From: an uncultured Candidatus Saccharibacteria bacterium
Lineage (GTDB): Bacteria; Patescibacteriota; Kazan-3B-28
DNA length: 64,000 nt
Reading direction: 5' to 3'
Assembly (NCBI GenBank): GCA_964434605.1
Contig: CAYSVM010000001.1
Location: 54,011-118,010 of the forward strand
Under the pieces are notes generated by a model, which was given only the letters and a program-made list of their open reading frames with translations, was not told the DNA's origin and did not search any database. Of this stretch, positions 1 through 9,030 are shown one piece after another (the first letter of the stretch is position 1; each line of letters starts with the position of its first letter). The position numbers and the translations under genes were made by a program.

Positions 1-102
1 GATTACGGCGATTGCGCCGTACAAGAACCATCTATGCTTCAGGAAACTAAGCGGAATTTTGATGGAAACATGGCTGGGAAGAGATTTGTTTTTCATAAGA
101 CG

Positions 103-1176
103 CTAATTAATTTCCTTGGCTAATTGGCGAATAACATCCTCAAGGGTTTTAACGTTGACCTTCCCCCAAGACCATTTGGCTAGTTTTGCATAGATGTTAG
201 CATCACGACGAGGTAATAGCTCCACTCCGGAGATAGACTTTTTAACAACTCCTTCCAAAGCATCAGCCACTGGAGCATCGGCCCAGAACTGTGGCCCTCC
301 ACCTTCAAAATCTGGGTCAATATGCAACATAATGGTTGCCTTATGGCGAGGCTGGGTGCCGATATAAATATTGAGATACTTCGATGTTCTCTTGGCGGTT
401 ACCCCCAATTCACCAAAGTCACCCCTAAGAATTGAGTTAAACAGCTGAAGATATTCCTGGATCTTGGCAGAACGACCAAAGGCAGACAGAAAATCTTCGT
501 CCGCAGGAATATCTAATGGTTTGGACTTGGCAGTTACATCCTTCTTGGTGGCAGCCCCAAATAACTTAGGTATGACAATTTCAGTGCTGTCATGTTTGTA
601 ATATTCTAGTTCAACAGCATAGATATCGAACTTGCTGTTCTGATTGAGGTAGACAATTAGATCTTTCAGACGATCTTCCAGTGAGTCCATCAAGACAACA
701 AACTTGTAATTACTATCATCCAAGTGGGTGCGGACAGTATCCCAGAGCTGTTGAGCTTCAGCTTCACTTAGGCCCAACTCTTGTTGCATCCGCTCGAACA
801 GCCCGGTTTGAAAGTGGGCACGGGTAGTTTGTTCTATCGTGGCGGTAAATTGCTCCCAATCGGTGTCGTGTTTCCAAAGCGATGCTCCATAGTCCAGAAC
901 CTGGGCAATAACTCTACGCTTATCGGCATTGCGATAGAGCTTGGTTTCGATCAGATAAATATCACCGTCGGTATCGATGGCAATAGCATCAATGGGGCCG
1001 CTACTAGTCATATATTCACGGACTAGGATCAACGGCCGAACATTCTCTTTGATATCGTAAAGCGGAACCACTTCGGGGTTCTCGTAGATGTATTTCTGCA
1101 AAGAATCTTCAAGATCGAATTTGGACTGTTCGACCTTGTGAGCCTTTTTGCCTGGTTGGGTAATAATGATGGCCAT
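103..1176 (-). CDS. PD-(D/E)XK nuclease-fold protein (NucS/RecB-like nuclease domain at N-terminus, uncharacterised C-terminal domain)
   Basis: 357-aa ORF. The motif 'VREYMTSSGPIDAIAIDTDGDIYLIETKL...VIAQVLDY' matches the RE..G.ID..A.D..G...IE.K...V.QL..Y signature of NucS-like and restriction-endonuclease-like nucleases. The C-terminal 170 aa are unassigned. Confidence 0.45.
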   Translation of the reverse strand: MAIIITQPGKKAHKVEQSKFDLEDSLQKYIYENPEVVPLYDIKENVRPLILVREYMTSSGPIDAIAIDTDGDIYLIETKLYRNADKRRVIAQVLDYGASLWKHDTDWEQFTATIEQTTRAHFQTGLFERMQQELGLSEAEAQQLWDTVRTHLDDSNYKFVVLMDSLEDRLKDLIVYLNQNSKFDIYAVELEYYKHDSTEIVIPKLFGAATKKDVTAKSKPLDIPADEDFLSAFGRSAKIQEYLQLFNSILRGDFGELGVTAKRTSKYLNIYIGTQPRHKATIMLHIDPDFEGGGPQFWADAPVADALEGVVKKSISGVELLPRRDANIYAKLAKWSWGKVNVKTLEDVIRQLAKEIN

Positions 1177-1249
1177 AGCTTCGAGTTATACTACCAGCTG
1201 TGGCCTGCCGACCTTTTGATGAATTATTCAAAAAGGGGCAGACCTCACG

Positions 1250-1480
1250 CTTAGTCAACCCGAAACCTCTGGCCCGAAGGCTGAGCATTACGGTAAGCAG
1301 AGCATCTGCCCGTCTTTGACCGCAATGCGGTTTGACGAGAATACTGCTTCTGCTTCGGGCCTACTAAAAATACAAACTTTAAAGGTTTCGGGTTGACGAG
1401 GCCATCATAACATAAAACCGCCCTCTGGGAAGGGGTTTTCCGCTTCTAGACCCAACTAACGCACTTGGGTCGCTTTGCTC
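1250..1480. ncRNA. Candidate structured RNA of unknown class in a 520-bp non-coding gap
   Basis: Perfect 14-bp inverted repeat gtcaacccgaaacc (1254-1267) with ggtttcgggttgac (1384-1397) encloses a 9-bp inverted repeat ggcccgaag (1271-1279) with cttcgggcc (1353-1361). Further local hairpins at gcag..ctgc 1297-1309, ccgc..gcgg 1320-1330 and gacccaa..ttgggtc about 1454-1476. The gap is GC-richer than the surrounding DNA and has no ORF. Confidence 0.3.
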
Positions 1481-1696
1481 GCGCACTGGTTGGCTCAACA
1501 GCTCGGTCTGGATTGGTGCCCCAAGGAGATAATTAGGACCTTTCGAGACGGCATTGGGGTATCTAGGTCAATTATAGAGCCTTAAAGAGAAAATAGACAA
1601 ATGAGATAGTGGCAAGGGGTCTGTCTTGCTATGGATTTTAAGCAGGCTTTGTGACGTAATAACTGACTAACTTAAAAAATTAAAGACAATCCCTTA

Positions 1697-2419
1697 TCAG
1701 AATATAACCGGGGTCATAGGATCCCGCCGAATAGTTGATTTACTAGCTGTGCTTGATTTGGTGTCAAAGAGACGCAAGATTTCTATTTGAGTTTTCAATC
1801 CGGGAATCCAACTAGCAGGTAGAGACCCATCTTCGATGTACTTACTCAGATTGTGAATCAGTCTAGTAAAATCTCTCTTTGGATTCCTGCTAATCGATCC
1901 ACGCACGAGTCTTAGTGATAATGCAATGTCACTTTGCTGCTGAGCGGTATAGGATTTACCCAAAATCTTCATCTGGGATTGAGTGGGACCTCCGATACCC
2001 TTTTCGATTGCCGACCTAACCTCAGATTCTGAAAGTCCATTCTCTTTTGCAAAATCTTTGATAGCCTTCTTGGTAAACTCGGAGTCAAGAGTCGCGCCTG
2101 TCCACCATGGCTCTTCATAAATTTTTCTACACAGACCTTCTGTTGTAGCGGTTACATCGTCCTCGATTACTCCTTTGGGACAGTTAGCTTTACTTGGTGG
2201 TAAACATTTGCCAGTAGAGTCTTCACAGTAAAGTGTTCCCGAATAGAATTCAGGACTATAGCAATTACCATATTTGTCGCAATCCTCCGGAAACATTTTC
2301 TGAACTGAGGATCCATAAACTAAAACTGAGCTAGGGTCTTCAACACAACTGATGATTTTCCCTTGAGCTCCATCTTCAACAACTGGGAAAAACCCAATCG
2401 GGCAGATTTGATTAGACAA
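1697..2419 (-). CDS. Hypothetical protein with a Cys-rich N-terminal half (about 10 Cys in 90 aa)
   Basis: 240-aa ORF with no recognisable catalytic motif. It lies in an AT-richer block with three other unknown ORFs on the same strand. Confidence 0.5.
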   Translation of the reverse strand: MSNQICPIGFFPVVEDGAQGKIISCVEDPSSVLVYGSSVQKMFPEDCDKYGNCYSPEFYSGTLYCEDSTGKCLPPSKANCPKGVIEDDVTATTEGLCRKIYEEPWWTGATLDSEFTKKAIKDFAKENGLSESEVRSAIEKGIGGPTQSQMKILGKSYTAQQQSDIALSLRLVRGSISRNPKRDFTRLIHNLSKYIEDGSLPASWIPGLKTQIEILRLFDTKSSTASKSTIRRDPMTPVIF

Positions 2420-2454
2420 CTGACTCTAAAGGTTATTGTCAGTAGGTTTTTTCT

Positions 2455-2796
2455 TTAATAATTCAGACAACTGCTCGCACCTTTATAGCGATTCTCATAA
2501 TCTTGTTTTAATTTTTCCTGACATGCTTGGCGGGAAATCGATGCACCCCAGCAGGGGTGACTAGTATCGTTCTTAGCATTGATATAGGCGTTAAACATCC
2601 AGTAGTCTCTTCCTGATTGCAGAGTACCAAAATCCCCTCTAGCCAACATTGCTTCATCAATCGCCTTTTGAACTTTGGGGTCATCATAAGACTTCCCTCT
2701 AATAGACGAGTTAGGGCCCATTTTGAGGTGTTGGTACATCTGGAACCTGGCCGATTGAGCCCTATAGGCATCATGGGCACGATCATAAAAATCCAC
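2455..2796 (-). CDS. Hypothetical protein
   Basis: 113-aa ORF co-directional with neighbours. A 92-aa ORF in another frame overlaps it, so the frame call is uncertain. Confidence 0.4.
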   Translation of the reverse strand: MDFYDRAHDAYRAQSARFQMYQHLKMGPNSSIRGKSYDDPKVQKAIDEAMLARGDFGTLQSGRDYWMFNAYINAKNDTSHPCWGASISRQACQEKLKQDYENRYKGASSCLNY

Positions 2797-2803
2797 GCCT
2801 CTA

Positions 2804-4099
2804 TTATTGATGAAACCAGCGCCAGATTTGCTCTTTCATTTCGTCTCGTTCTGCACGGGTAATATCTCCTTGGCGGTATTTTTTATCAGCATCTTTTAAA
2901 CCCGCAAAATATTTATCGAGCCTAGTCCGTTGAGGGCGAGAAGAAGATTGGGCGTTAAACTTATCTATGTTACCCGCCGTAACCTTTTTCCAGCCCCGCT
3001 TTTGCGCCTCCTCTTCAGTAACACAATTAGCAACCTGAGTTGGTTTGTCGTTACCTTCTTTCCAGACGAAACCTTTCTGTTTGCCCCTTACTGTTTTTGC
3101 AATCTTCTCCGCCTCTTTTGTGGTTACACGGTGAGACGGCAGTTTTTGCATCTCCGCTTCAGCCATTGACCATTGGCTGGCGTTCTCTCTAATGGCTTTA
3201 TCAAATTCTCGAATCTTTTCCCCAGCGAGTTCTTTCTTTTCGTCTATAATTCCGACACCTTTTTCTTTTAATAAATCTACCGAGAACATATCAATGGCAT
3301 CTGCGTCTACATATTTGTTTATGATTGCATCTGCCTCACCCCAAGTCATAGATTTAGTGGAAAATTTGTTATTTTCCCTCTTTTCGGCAATCCCGAGTTT
3401 TTTTAATAAACCTCCCCAGGACCTATCAGGTATAAGCACCGCACCCTCAATCCTAGTTCTAGAATTATCCATAGACCGAAAACTTTTCATCTCTTCAATT
3501 AGCGAGGAAAGATTAAAATTCAATTTGTCCAGTCTTTCGTTGTGCTGCTTTAATACGTTGCTATCGGTTGTCCTGGAGATTATTTTTTCAATTTCATTTA
3601 TTGCTTTAATGTTAGAAGAAATACGTGATTTGAAATTGTTAATCCGTAAATCCCCTCTCAGCAAAAAAGTAAAAGCATCGTTTAAAGAATCTCTTTGGCT
3701 TCTCAAATCTTCCCCCATAGTCGTGATTTTATCCACAACCTTCTGAACTTCGGTGTTGTGAGTTTTTACAGCTTCGGTTTCTTGTGCCTTTAAAGCGTAA
3801 AGGTTACCAACACTGCTTTCTTCTGGACATAGTCCTTTACCGTCTATCGAAATAGGTAGGTTATTGTAAAAACCAAGATTGGTCTCATCTCCAACAATCT
3901 TGTAATCGCGACCCCCGGTGAGAGCCCGGTATTGAGCATCCGTCAGCTGATCGGGCCCATAATACTTTGTTCCCCAAGCGAACACAGGCAAAGGGATATT
4001 AAACAAAAAGATAACCAAAAAAAGACTAACCCAAAAACAACTTTTTTGTTTATTTGAAAAATTACTCAGTAACGATGACCTGTTCATAGGTACCTTCAC
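2804..4099 (-). CDS. Hypothetical membrane-anchored or secreted protein with coiled-coil regions
   Basis: 431 aa with an N-terminal hydrophobic segment 'CFWVSLFLVIFLFNIPLPVFAWG' followed by a long charged helical region. No enzymatic motif seen. Confidence 0.55.
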   Translation of the reverse strand: MKVPMNRSSLLSNFSNKQKSCFWVSLFLVIFLFNIPLPVFAWGTKYYGPDQLTDAQYRALTGGRDYKIVGDETNLGFYNNLPISIDGKGLCPEESSVGNLYALKAQETEAVKTHNTEVQKVVDKITTMGEDLRSQRDSLNDAFTFLLRGDLRINNFKSRISSNIKAINEIEKIISRTTDSNVLKQHNERLDKLNFNLSSLIEEMKSFRSMDNSRTRIEGAVLIPDRSWGGLLKKLGIAEKRENNKFSTKSMTWGEADAIINKYVDADAIDMFSVDLLKEKGVGIIDEKKELAGEKIREFDKAIRENASQWSMAEAEMQKLPSHRVTTKEAEKIAKTVRGKQKGFVWKEGNDKPTQVANCVTEEEAQKRGWKKVTAGNIDKFNAQSSSRPQRTRLDKYFAGLKDADKKYRQGDITRAERDEMKEQIWRWFHQ

Positions 4100-4343
4100 T
4101 TTCTCTCAGAATAAGAAAAAGATTCATACTAGATAGCGCCAATTCACTCATGAGCGTTTGGCTGACCATAGGCGGCAGGGACGTTGCACTAACTACCCCG
4201 ATATTATGTTCATCACGTGGTCTTTCAGTCTGGATTGAATACGCAAAAGCCAAAGAGGCGGCAAAAACGACAACAATCCCTAAAAATATATATAAAGGAT
4301 AAAATATTTTAGAACTAGAAGATGTGGTCTTGATATTTTTCAT
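4062..4343 (-). CDS. Small single-pass membrane protein (hypothetical)
   Basis: 93-aa ORF with TM segment 'IFYPLYIFLGIVVVFAASLAFAY'. It overlaps the start of the downstream ORF by 38 nt. Confidence 0.4.
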   Translation of the reverse strand: MKNIKTTSSSSKIFYPLYIFLGIVVVFAASLAFAYSIQTERPRDEHNIGVVSATSLPPMVSQTLMSELALSSMNLFLILRESEGTYEQVIVTE

Positions 4344-4711
4344 CCTACCTCAAAAAAACTACCCTAATTACACAATATATCAAAATCAGTAGAAAGTCAA
4401 GCTTGGTAGACTCTAGACCCCACCGCAGATTGGAAAATAATTATGTACCAAGACCAACTATTTTGCTATTTGGGGCAAAATTTTCTCAACCACTACAACA
4501 GAGAACCCACACTACAATTAACCAAATATCCATCACTGGCTGGGACGGTAGGACGATTTCCCGGGTGCTCCGGGGGCCCTGCGATTCAGCTGCAACAAGG
4601 AATGACACAAAACTATAGAGCAGCTGAACGGACGCACCCAAGCCTGACGGCAGGTTCAAATCCATGATACTGCGGCCAAGAAAAAATCAGGGCCAACTCC
4701 TTGCTTTTTCT

Positions 4712-4788
4712 CTTGGCTCCGGGGGTGGGATTCGAACCCACGGTCCATCGATTAACAGTCGATTGCTTTACCGCTAAGCTACCCCGGA
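4712..4788 (-). tRNA. tRNA-Asn (GTT)
   Basis: Reverse complement reads UCCGGGGUAGCUUAGCGGUAAAGCAAUCGACUGUUAAUCGAUGGACCGUGGGUUCGAAUCCCACCCCCGGAGCCA. Anticodon loop is cU-GUU-aa, T-loop is GGTTCGAATCC, and the CCA is encoded. Confidence 0.85.
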
Positions 4789-4825
4789 ATGTGCGTCACC
4801 AATAAGATAACGCGGTAATTGTAAT

Positions 4826-6421
4826 TTACTTCAAATAATCTTTCAACTTCTTACTATCCTTACTCTTCCTCAGCTTCATCAAAGCCTTAGCCTCAATCTG
4901 ACGAATACGCTCACGAGTAACTCCAAATTCCTTTCCCACTTCCTCTAGTGTATGCGCCCATTCACCACCTAAACCAAAACGTAACTTTAGGATCTTCTGC
5001 TCTCTTGGGCTAAGCAAATCCAATACTCCGCCCACATCTCCCTTCAGAAGTTCGTAAGCCGAAGCTTCTTCTGGCGTAAGGTTATCTTCATCTGGAATAA
5101 AGTCACCCAGAAGTGAATCATCCTCATCTCCCACCGATTTCTCCAAAGATACCGTTTCTTGGGAGATTTTTAGGATATGGTTTACTTTCTCTACTTCCAA
5201 TTCCATTTCATTAGCAATCTCTTCTGGAGTAGGCTCACGTCCTAGTTCCTGTACTAGTTGTCTCTGGGTACGTGCCAAACGATTCATCGTTTCCACCATA
5301 TGGACAGGAATACGGATAGTTCTTGCCTGATCTGCAATAGCCCTAGTAATTGCCTGTCTAATCCACCAGGTAGCATAGGTAGAGAATTTGAATCCTCTTC
5401 GCCAGTCAAATTTCTCGACTGCCTTCATTAGACCAATGTTTCCTTCTTGAATAAGATCGAGAAGAGACAAGCCTCGGCCAATATATTTCTTGGCAATAGA
5501 CACTACTAGTCGTAAGTTTGCTTCTGCTAGTTGTTTAGAAGCCAACACATCTCCCTGTTCTACTCTTTTTGCCAAAGCAACTTCTTCTTCTGCTCGAAGC
5601 AAAGGAACCTGTCCTATTTCTTTCAAATACATCCTTACCGAGTCATCGCTAATGTCGTCTTCTAGCAAATGTGGATCTATATTCACATCCAACTTGTTCC
5701 GCATCTTTTTCTTGGTCGCCTCAGTTTTCTTGCTCATCTTACTGTCTTCTGCCAACGACCAGATTAGATCATCTCGAACATCAACAACTTCGATTCCTTC
5801 TTCCATTAAGATCTGGAATAGTAAATCGAGCATTTCAATCTGCTTCTCTACATTTGGAACCGCCTGTTCTAACTCCTGCTGGGTAATAAAGCCCTTTGCC
5901 TTTCCAGCCGAAACTAAGTCAGCTACCGGCCCCGGCAAGTTCCCTATACCAGAGTCTTTTCGTTTGCACTTCTTTCCAGCTTCCTCTTCATCCTCTATCT
6001 CAAACATCTTAAGCTTTGGATCTTCTGGCCTTGGTTCACCAAGCAATTCTTCCTTTTCCGATTTCTTCTTTTTGACAACATTCTTTACAGCAAGCTTCTT
6101 AGCTTTCTTTACTACTTTCTTACCAGTCTTTTTAACCTGCTTTTTTACCAAGCGCTTCTTTGCCACCTTCTTCACTATCTTTTTCGGTTTTTTCTTCAAA
6201 ACCGGTTTGCGTTTAGCAACCCGTTTGGAGACAACTTTCTTACGGACCAATTTCTTGGCTGGTTTTTTGGCTGGTTTTTTCTTCCCCATTTTTCTTACAA
6301 CCTTTTTTGCGATTTTTTTTGCCGGCTTTTTCCCGACGGTCGCCCGCTTGCGAACCACCGCCCGTTTACCCGCCGTGCGGGAGGCTGCTTTCTTTTTCGG
6401 CGCGGATTTTTTTCTCGCCAT
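4826..6421 (-). CDS. rpoD: RNA polymerase sigma-70 factor RpoD with a lysine-rich N-terminal extension
   Basis: Region 2 to 4 motifs are present: '[27 protein letters not shown]' and '[27 protein letters not shown]'. The first 140 aa or so are AKKPAKK-type repeats. Confidence 0.95.
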   Translation of the reverse strand: MARKKSAPKKKAASRTAGKRAVVRKRATVGKKPAKKIAKKVVRKMGKKKPAKKPAKKLVRKKVVSKRVAKRKPVLKKKPKKIVKKVAKKRLVKKQVKKTGKKVVKKAKKLAVKNVVKKKKSEKEELLGEPRPEDPKLKMFEIEDEEEAGKKCKRKDSGIGNLPGPVADLVSAGKAKGFITQQELEQAVPNVEKQIEMLDLLFQILMEEGIEVVDVRDDLIWSLAEDSKMSKKTEATKKKMRNKLDVNIDPHLLEDDISDDSVRMYLKEIGQVPLLRAEEEVALAKRVEQGDVLASKQLAEANLRLVVSIAKKYIGRGLSLLDLIQEGNIGLMKAVEKFDWRRGFKFSTYATWWIRQAITRAIADQARTIRIPVHMVETMNRLARTQRQLVQELGREPTPEEIANEMELEVEKVNHILKISQETVSLEKSVGDEDDSLLGDFIPDEDNLTPEEASAYELLKGDVGGVLDLLSPREQKILKLRFGLGGEWAHTLEEVGKEFGVTRERIRQIEAKALMKLRKSKDSKKLKDYLK

Positions 6422-6445
6422 AGAAAGTCAGTTAAATACTATTAT

Positions 6446-8176
6446 CTATAATTGGTTTAATTCTTTTAGAAGCTCTGCTACTCTTGCCTGATCATTCTTC
6501 GTTTCCGCCTCGGCAATTGCTGCTGCCAGTTCATTCCTTTTAATAGTAGCAGAACGATTCACCAGCAGATCTAGATAGAACTTCATCTCTCTTTCTAGAT
6601 CTTCCATCGAAACTTCTGTGTAATTCTGTTCTAAAACCAGCAGTAATTCCAAAGCAGATGTCTTGGCTGGTTCGGGGAGCCGTTTCAAAAAATCTTCAGC
6701 CTGGAAGATAGCGTTGGAAGTATACCAAGATTGGATTGCATCGTAAATGGTATTTGCCAGTCCAGAAGCCCATTTTATCCTGCCACCAACCTCAAGTAAT
6801 CGGGGGATAAGCTTGGGGGACAACATAGGTAGCATTACCGCCCTCTCCTCCAGCCAGGTCGGAGACAGATTTTCCACCTGGGTAGGACTAGCTTTTGGTT
6901 CGGTTTTTGCTGGCTGGGGTGCTCGCTTTAGTGTGTCGTATAAAATTGCTGGTTCAACATCTACGGTACGAGCTAATCTTTTAATATAAAAATCTTTCTC
7001 GACTGGATCGATTAGCTTGTTTATAACTGCCAGTAGTTCTCTTGCCAGCTGTTTCTTGTCCTCCAGTTTTTTTACATCATACTTACGTGTTGCAATATCG
7101 AAATAGAAGTCCATTACCGGTACTGCTTCTGTAATCGCCTTTTTCCAGTACTCTGGGTTTTCTTTAATCATCGAATCGGGATCTTTGTATTCCCCTAACA
7201 AAACTACCTTCATTGCCATGTCAAACTTATTGGAAAGTTCCAATGCCCTCCGAGTCGCTTCCCCACCTGCCGCATCTGCATCCAGCGACAATACCAGTTC
7301 TCTACAATATCGATTCAACAACCGTAATTGCTGTTCAGTCAGTGCAGTACCAGAAATCCCCACTACATTTTTTACTCCAGCCTGATGCGAGCTAATTGTG
7401 TCCATCTGTCCTTCCACCAACACCACTCTACCTTCTTGCTGAATTGCTTGTTTTGCCAAATGCAAGCCATATAACAGCTCGCTCTTATGGAACAACGGGG
7501 TTTCTGGTGAATTCAGATATTTGGGGATTCCATTTGGATCCAGCACTCGACCGGTAAACGCAACTACCCGACCCAGACTATCCCAAAGCGGGAACATTAC
7601 TCGTCCAGAAAATTTATCCCACAAAAAGTTTCCCTTGCGCACCGCCAATCCAGCTTTCTCAATATCCCCCTCTTTCGCTCCCTTACGAATTAGAATATCT
7701 ATTAACGCCCTCCCCGACTTCGGCGCAAATCCAATCCGAAACTCTGCCAAAGTAGCGGGACTCAATCCCCGACCCACCATGTATTCTTTTGCCGCTCTAC
7801 CTTCGCTGGTCTCAACTAAAACTTTTTCGTAGAACTTCGCCGCCGCCTCATTTATATTCATCAAAATCTTACGAGCATCTATTCCAGATTGCGGTACCTT
7901 AGAAAGCTGGACACCGGTTTGTTCCGCCAACAACTGCAAGGCTTCTGCAAACCCTATTCCTTCTTTCTCCATTACAAACTTGAATACATCTCCACCTCTT
8001 CCACAACCAAAACAATGCCAAATCTGCTTGTCTGGACTAACCATGAAAGATGATGTTTTCTCTACATGAAAAGGACACAAACCCTTGTAGTTCACCCCCG
8101 CTTTTTTGAGCGGCAAATACCGGCCAATGAAATCGACCAAATCTATCTTATTCTTTATTTCATCTAAGTCGGTCAT
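6446..8176 (-). CDS. dnaG: DNA primase DnaG
   Basis: CHC2 zinc finger 'CPFHVEKTSSFMVSPDKQIWHCFGCGRGGD' and a TOPRIM region. It is adjacent to rpoD, as in the classic macromolecular-synthesis operon. Confidence 0.95.
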   Translation of the reverse strand: MTDLDEIKNKIDLVDFIGRYLPLKKAGVNYKGLCPFHVEKTSSFMVSPDKQIWHCFGCGRGGDVFKFVMEKEGIGFAEALQLLAEQTGVQLSKVPQSGIDARKILMNINEAAAKFYEKVLVETSEGRAAKEYMVGRGLSPATLAEFRIGFAPKSGRALIDILIRKGAKEGDIEKAGLAVRKGNFLWDKFSGRVMFPLWDSLGRVVAFTGRVLDPNGIPKYLNSPETPLFHKSELLYGLHLAKQAIQQEGRVVLVEGQMDTISSHQAGVKNVVGISGTALTEQQLRLLNRYCRELVLSLDADAAGGEATRRALELSNKFDMAMKVVLLGEYKDPDSMIKENPEYWKKAITEAVPVMDFYFDIATRKYDVKKLEDKKQLARELLAVINKLIDPVEKDFYIKRLARTVDVEPAILYDTLKRAPQPAKTEPKASPTQVENLSPTWLEERAVMLPMLSPKLIPRLLEVGGRIKWASGLANTIYDAIQSWYTSNAIFQAEDFLKRLPEPAKTSALELLLVLEQNYTEVSMEDLEREMKFYLDLLVNRSATIKRNELAAAIAEAETKNDQARVAELLKELNQL

Positions 8177-8766
8177 ATCAAAGTTAGATTACTAACTGCC
8201 TCCGGTATTTCCGGCCATCCTTTCACCCTTATCACCTGTGGTGGCAATCGATGGTATATGTTCCAAGGCTTGTCCATAACTATCAATCTTACCCCATGTT
8301 CCATCAAGGATCCTATGTGGCGCGTATCATCATCTATTAAAACCTTGCATCCCAGTCTTTCACAAACCTCCCCTTTAGTTAGTGTCTTGCTTCCGTCTTT
8401 GGGATAGTTGTTAGTAAATTCCACCGCCCTAAAAGCATTGGGGAAATTTCGGTCCAGCCACGCACGGGTAGTATCCTGCACCACATTCTGTCTTCCTGTT
8501 ACCGCATACAGCTCATGGCTTGCAAGCAGTTCTGCGATACCCTCTTTCGCCCCAGCCACCAACGGCAAATTTCTAAATCTATCTGTTTCAAAAAATCTGT
8601 GCACATCATCCACCGCCTCTTCCACCGTATTCCCCAGAAAATTCGGCCAGTGGTAATCAGTCACATCATCCCATGTCCAATTCGCTCCGTATTCCTGGTT
8701 GTACCACTTGAAAAACTCGCCGATAAACTCTGCCAAAATCTCATCTATATCTACCGCAATTCTCAT
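8173..8766 (-). CDS. HAD-superfamily 5'(3')-deoxyribonucleotidase-like hydrolase
   Basis: 'MRIAVDIDEILAEF' is the DxDx(V/I) HAD motif I of the NT5C family. The start was trimmed to the internal Met because the longer ORF (to 8850) overlaps tRNA-Ser. Confidence 0.6.
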   Translation of the reverse strand: MRIAVDIDEILAEFIGEFFKWYNQEYGANWTWDDVTDYHWPNFLGNTVEEAVDDVHRFFETDRFRNLPLVAGAKEGIAELLASHELYAVTGRQNVVQDTTRAWLDRNFPNAFRAVEFTNNYPKDGSKTLTKGEVCERLGCKVLIDDDTRHIGSLMEHGVRLIVMDKPWNIYHRLPPQVIRVKGWPEIPEAVSNLTLI

Positions 8767-8774
8767 ATCTTTAT

Positions 8775-8864
8775 TGGCGGAGGATGTGGGATTTGAACCC
8801 ACGAGGGGATTACTCCCCAACCGCCTTTCCAAGACGGCGCCATAGACCACTAGGCGAATCCTCC
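8775..8864 (-). tRNA. tRNA-Ser (GGA)
   Basis: Reverse complement is GGAGGATTCGCCTAGTGGTCTATGGCGCCGTCTTGGAAAGGCGG...GTGGGTTCAAATCCCACATCCTCCGCCA. It has a long variable arm, anticodon loop cuU-GGA-aa, and an encoded CCA. Confidence 0.85.
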
Positions 8865-8918
8865 AGTTCCTTTACCTTATATTCAAAATCTCCTTCTGAC
8901 CATATTATTATACCCGTC

Positions 8919-8947
8919 TTGACCTCCTCCTCCATCCGGTATATATT
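8919..8947 (+). promoter_or_regulatory. Candidate sigma-70 promoter for the rpsF-ssb-rpsR operon
   Basis: TTGACC (8919-8924), a 17-nt spacer, then TATATT (8942-8947), about 85 nt upstream of the rpsF ATG. Confidence 0.3.
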
Positions 8948-9030
8948 CCCTCTGTATTCACATATATCTTCTAACCTTCTCTCCCAGCCTGATTGCAGGC
9001 CGGGAAACCCACAGAAAAGGATTTTTCACT

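Noticed and set aside
1250-1480. Assignment of the structured gap to RNase P RNA, tmRNA, SRP RNA or a retron ncRNA
   Set aside because: No P4 consensus, no tRNA-like T-arm or tag ORF, and no GNRA-capped domain IV motif. No reverse-transcriptase gene is adjacent. It is kept only as an unclassified candidate.
4641-4678. tRNA-like 'ggttcaaatcc' T-loop-like motif next to tRNA-Asn (possible att repeat or tRNA fragment)
   Set aside because: Flanking bases do not form a T-stem or acceptor stem. It is on the opposite strand to tRNA-Asn and does not repeat its 3' end.
5490-6491. 333-aa antisense ORF inside rpoD
   Set aside because: It is produced by the low-complexity Lys-codon tract (F/L-rich reverse translation). 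rpoD on the other strand has unambiguous motifs.
8767-8850. N-terminal 28-aa extension of the nucleotidase ORF
   Set aside because: It overlaps tRNA-Ser(GGA). The internal Met (MRIAVDIDE) gives the canonical HAD motif-I start.
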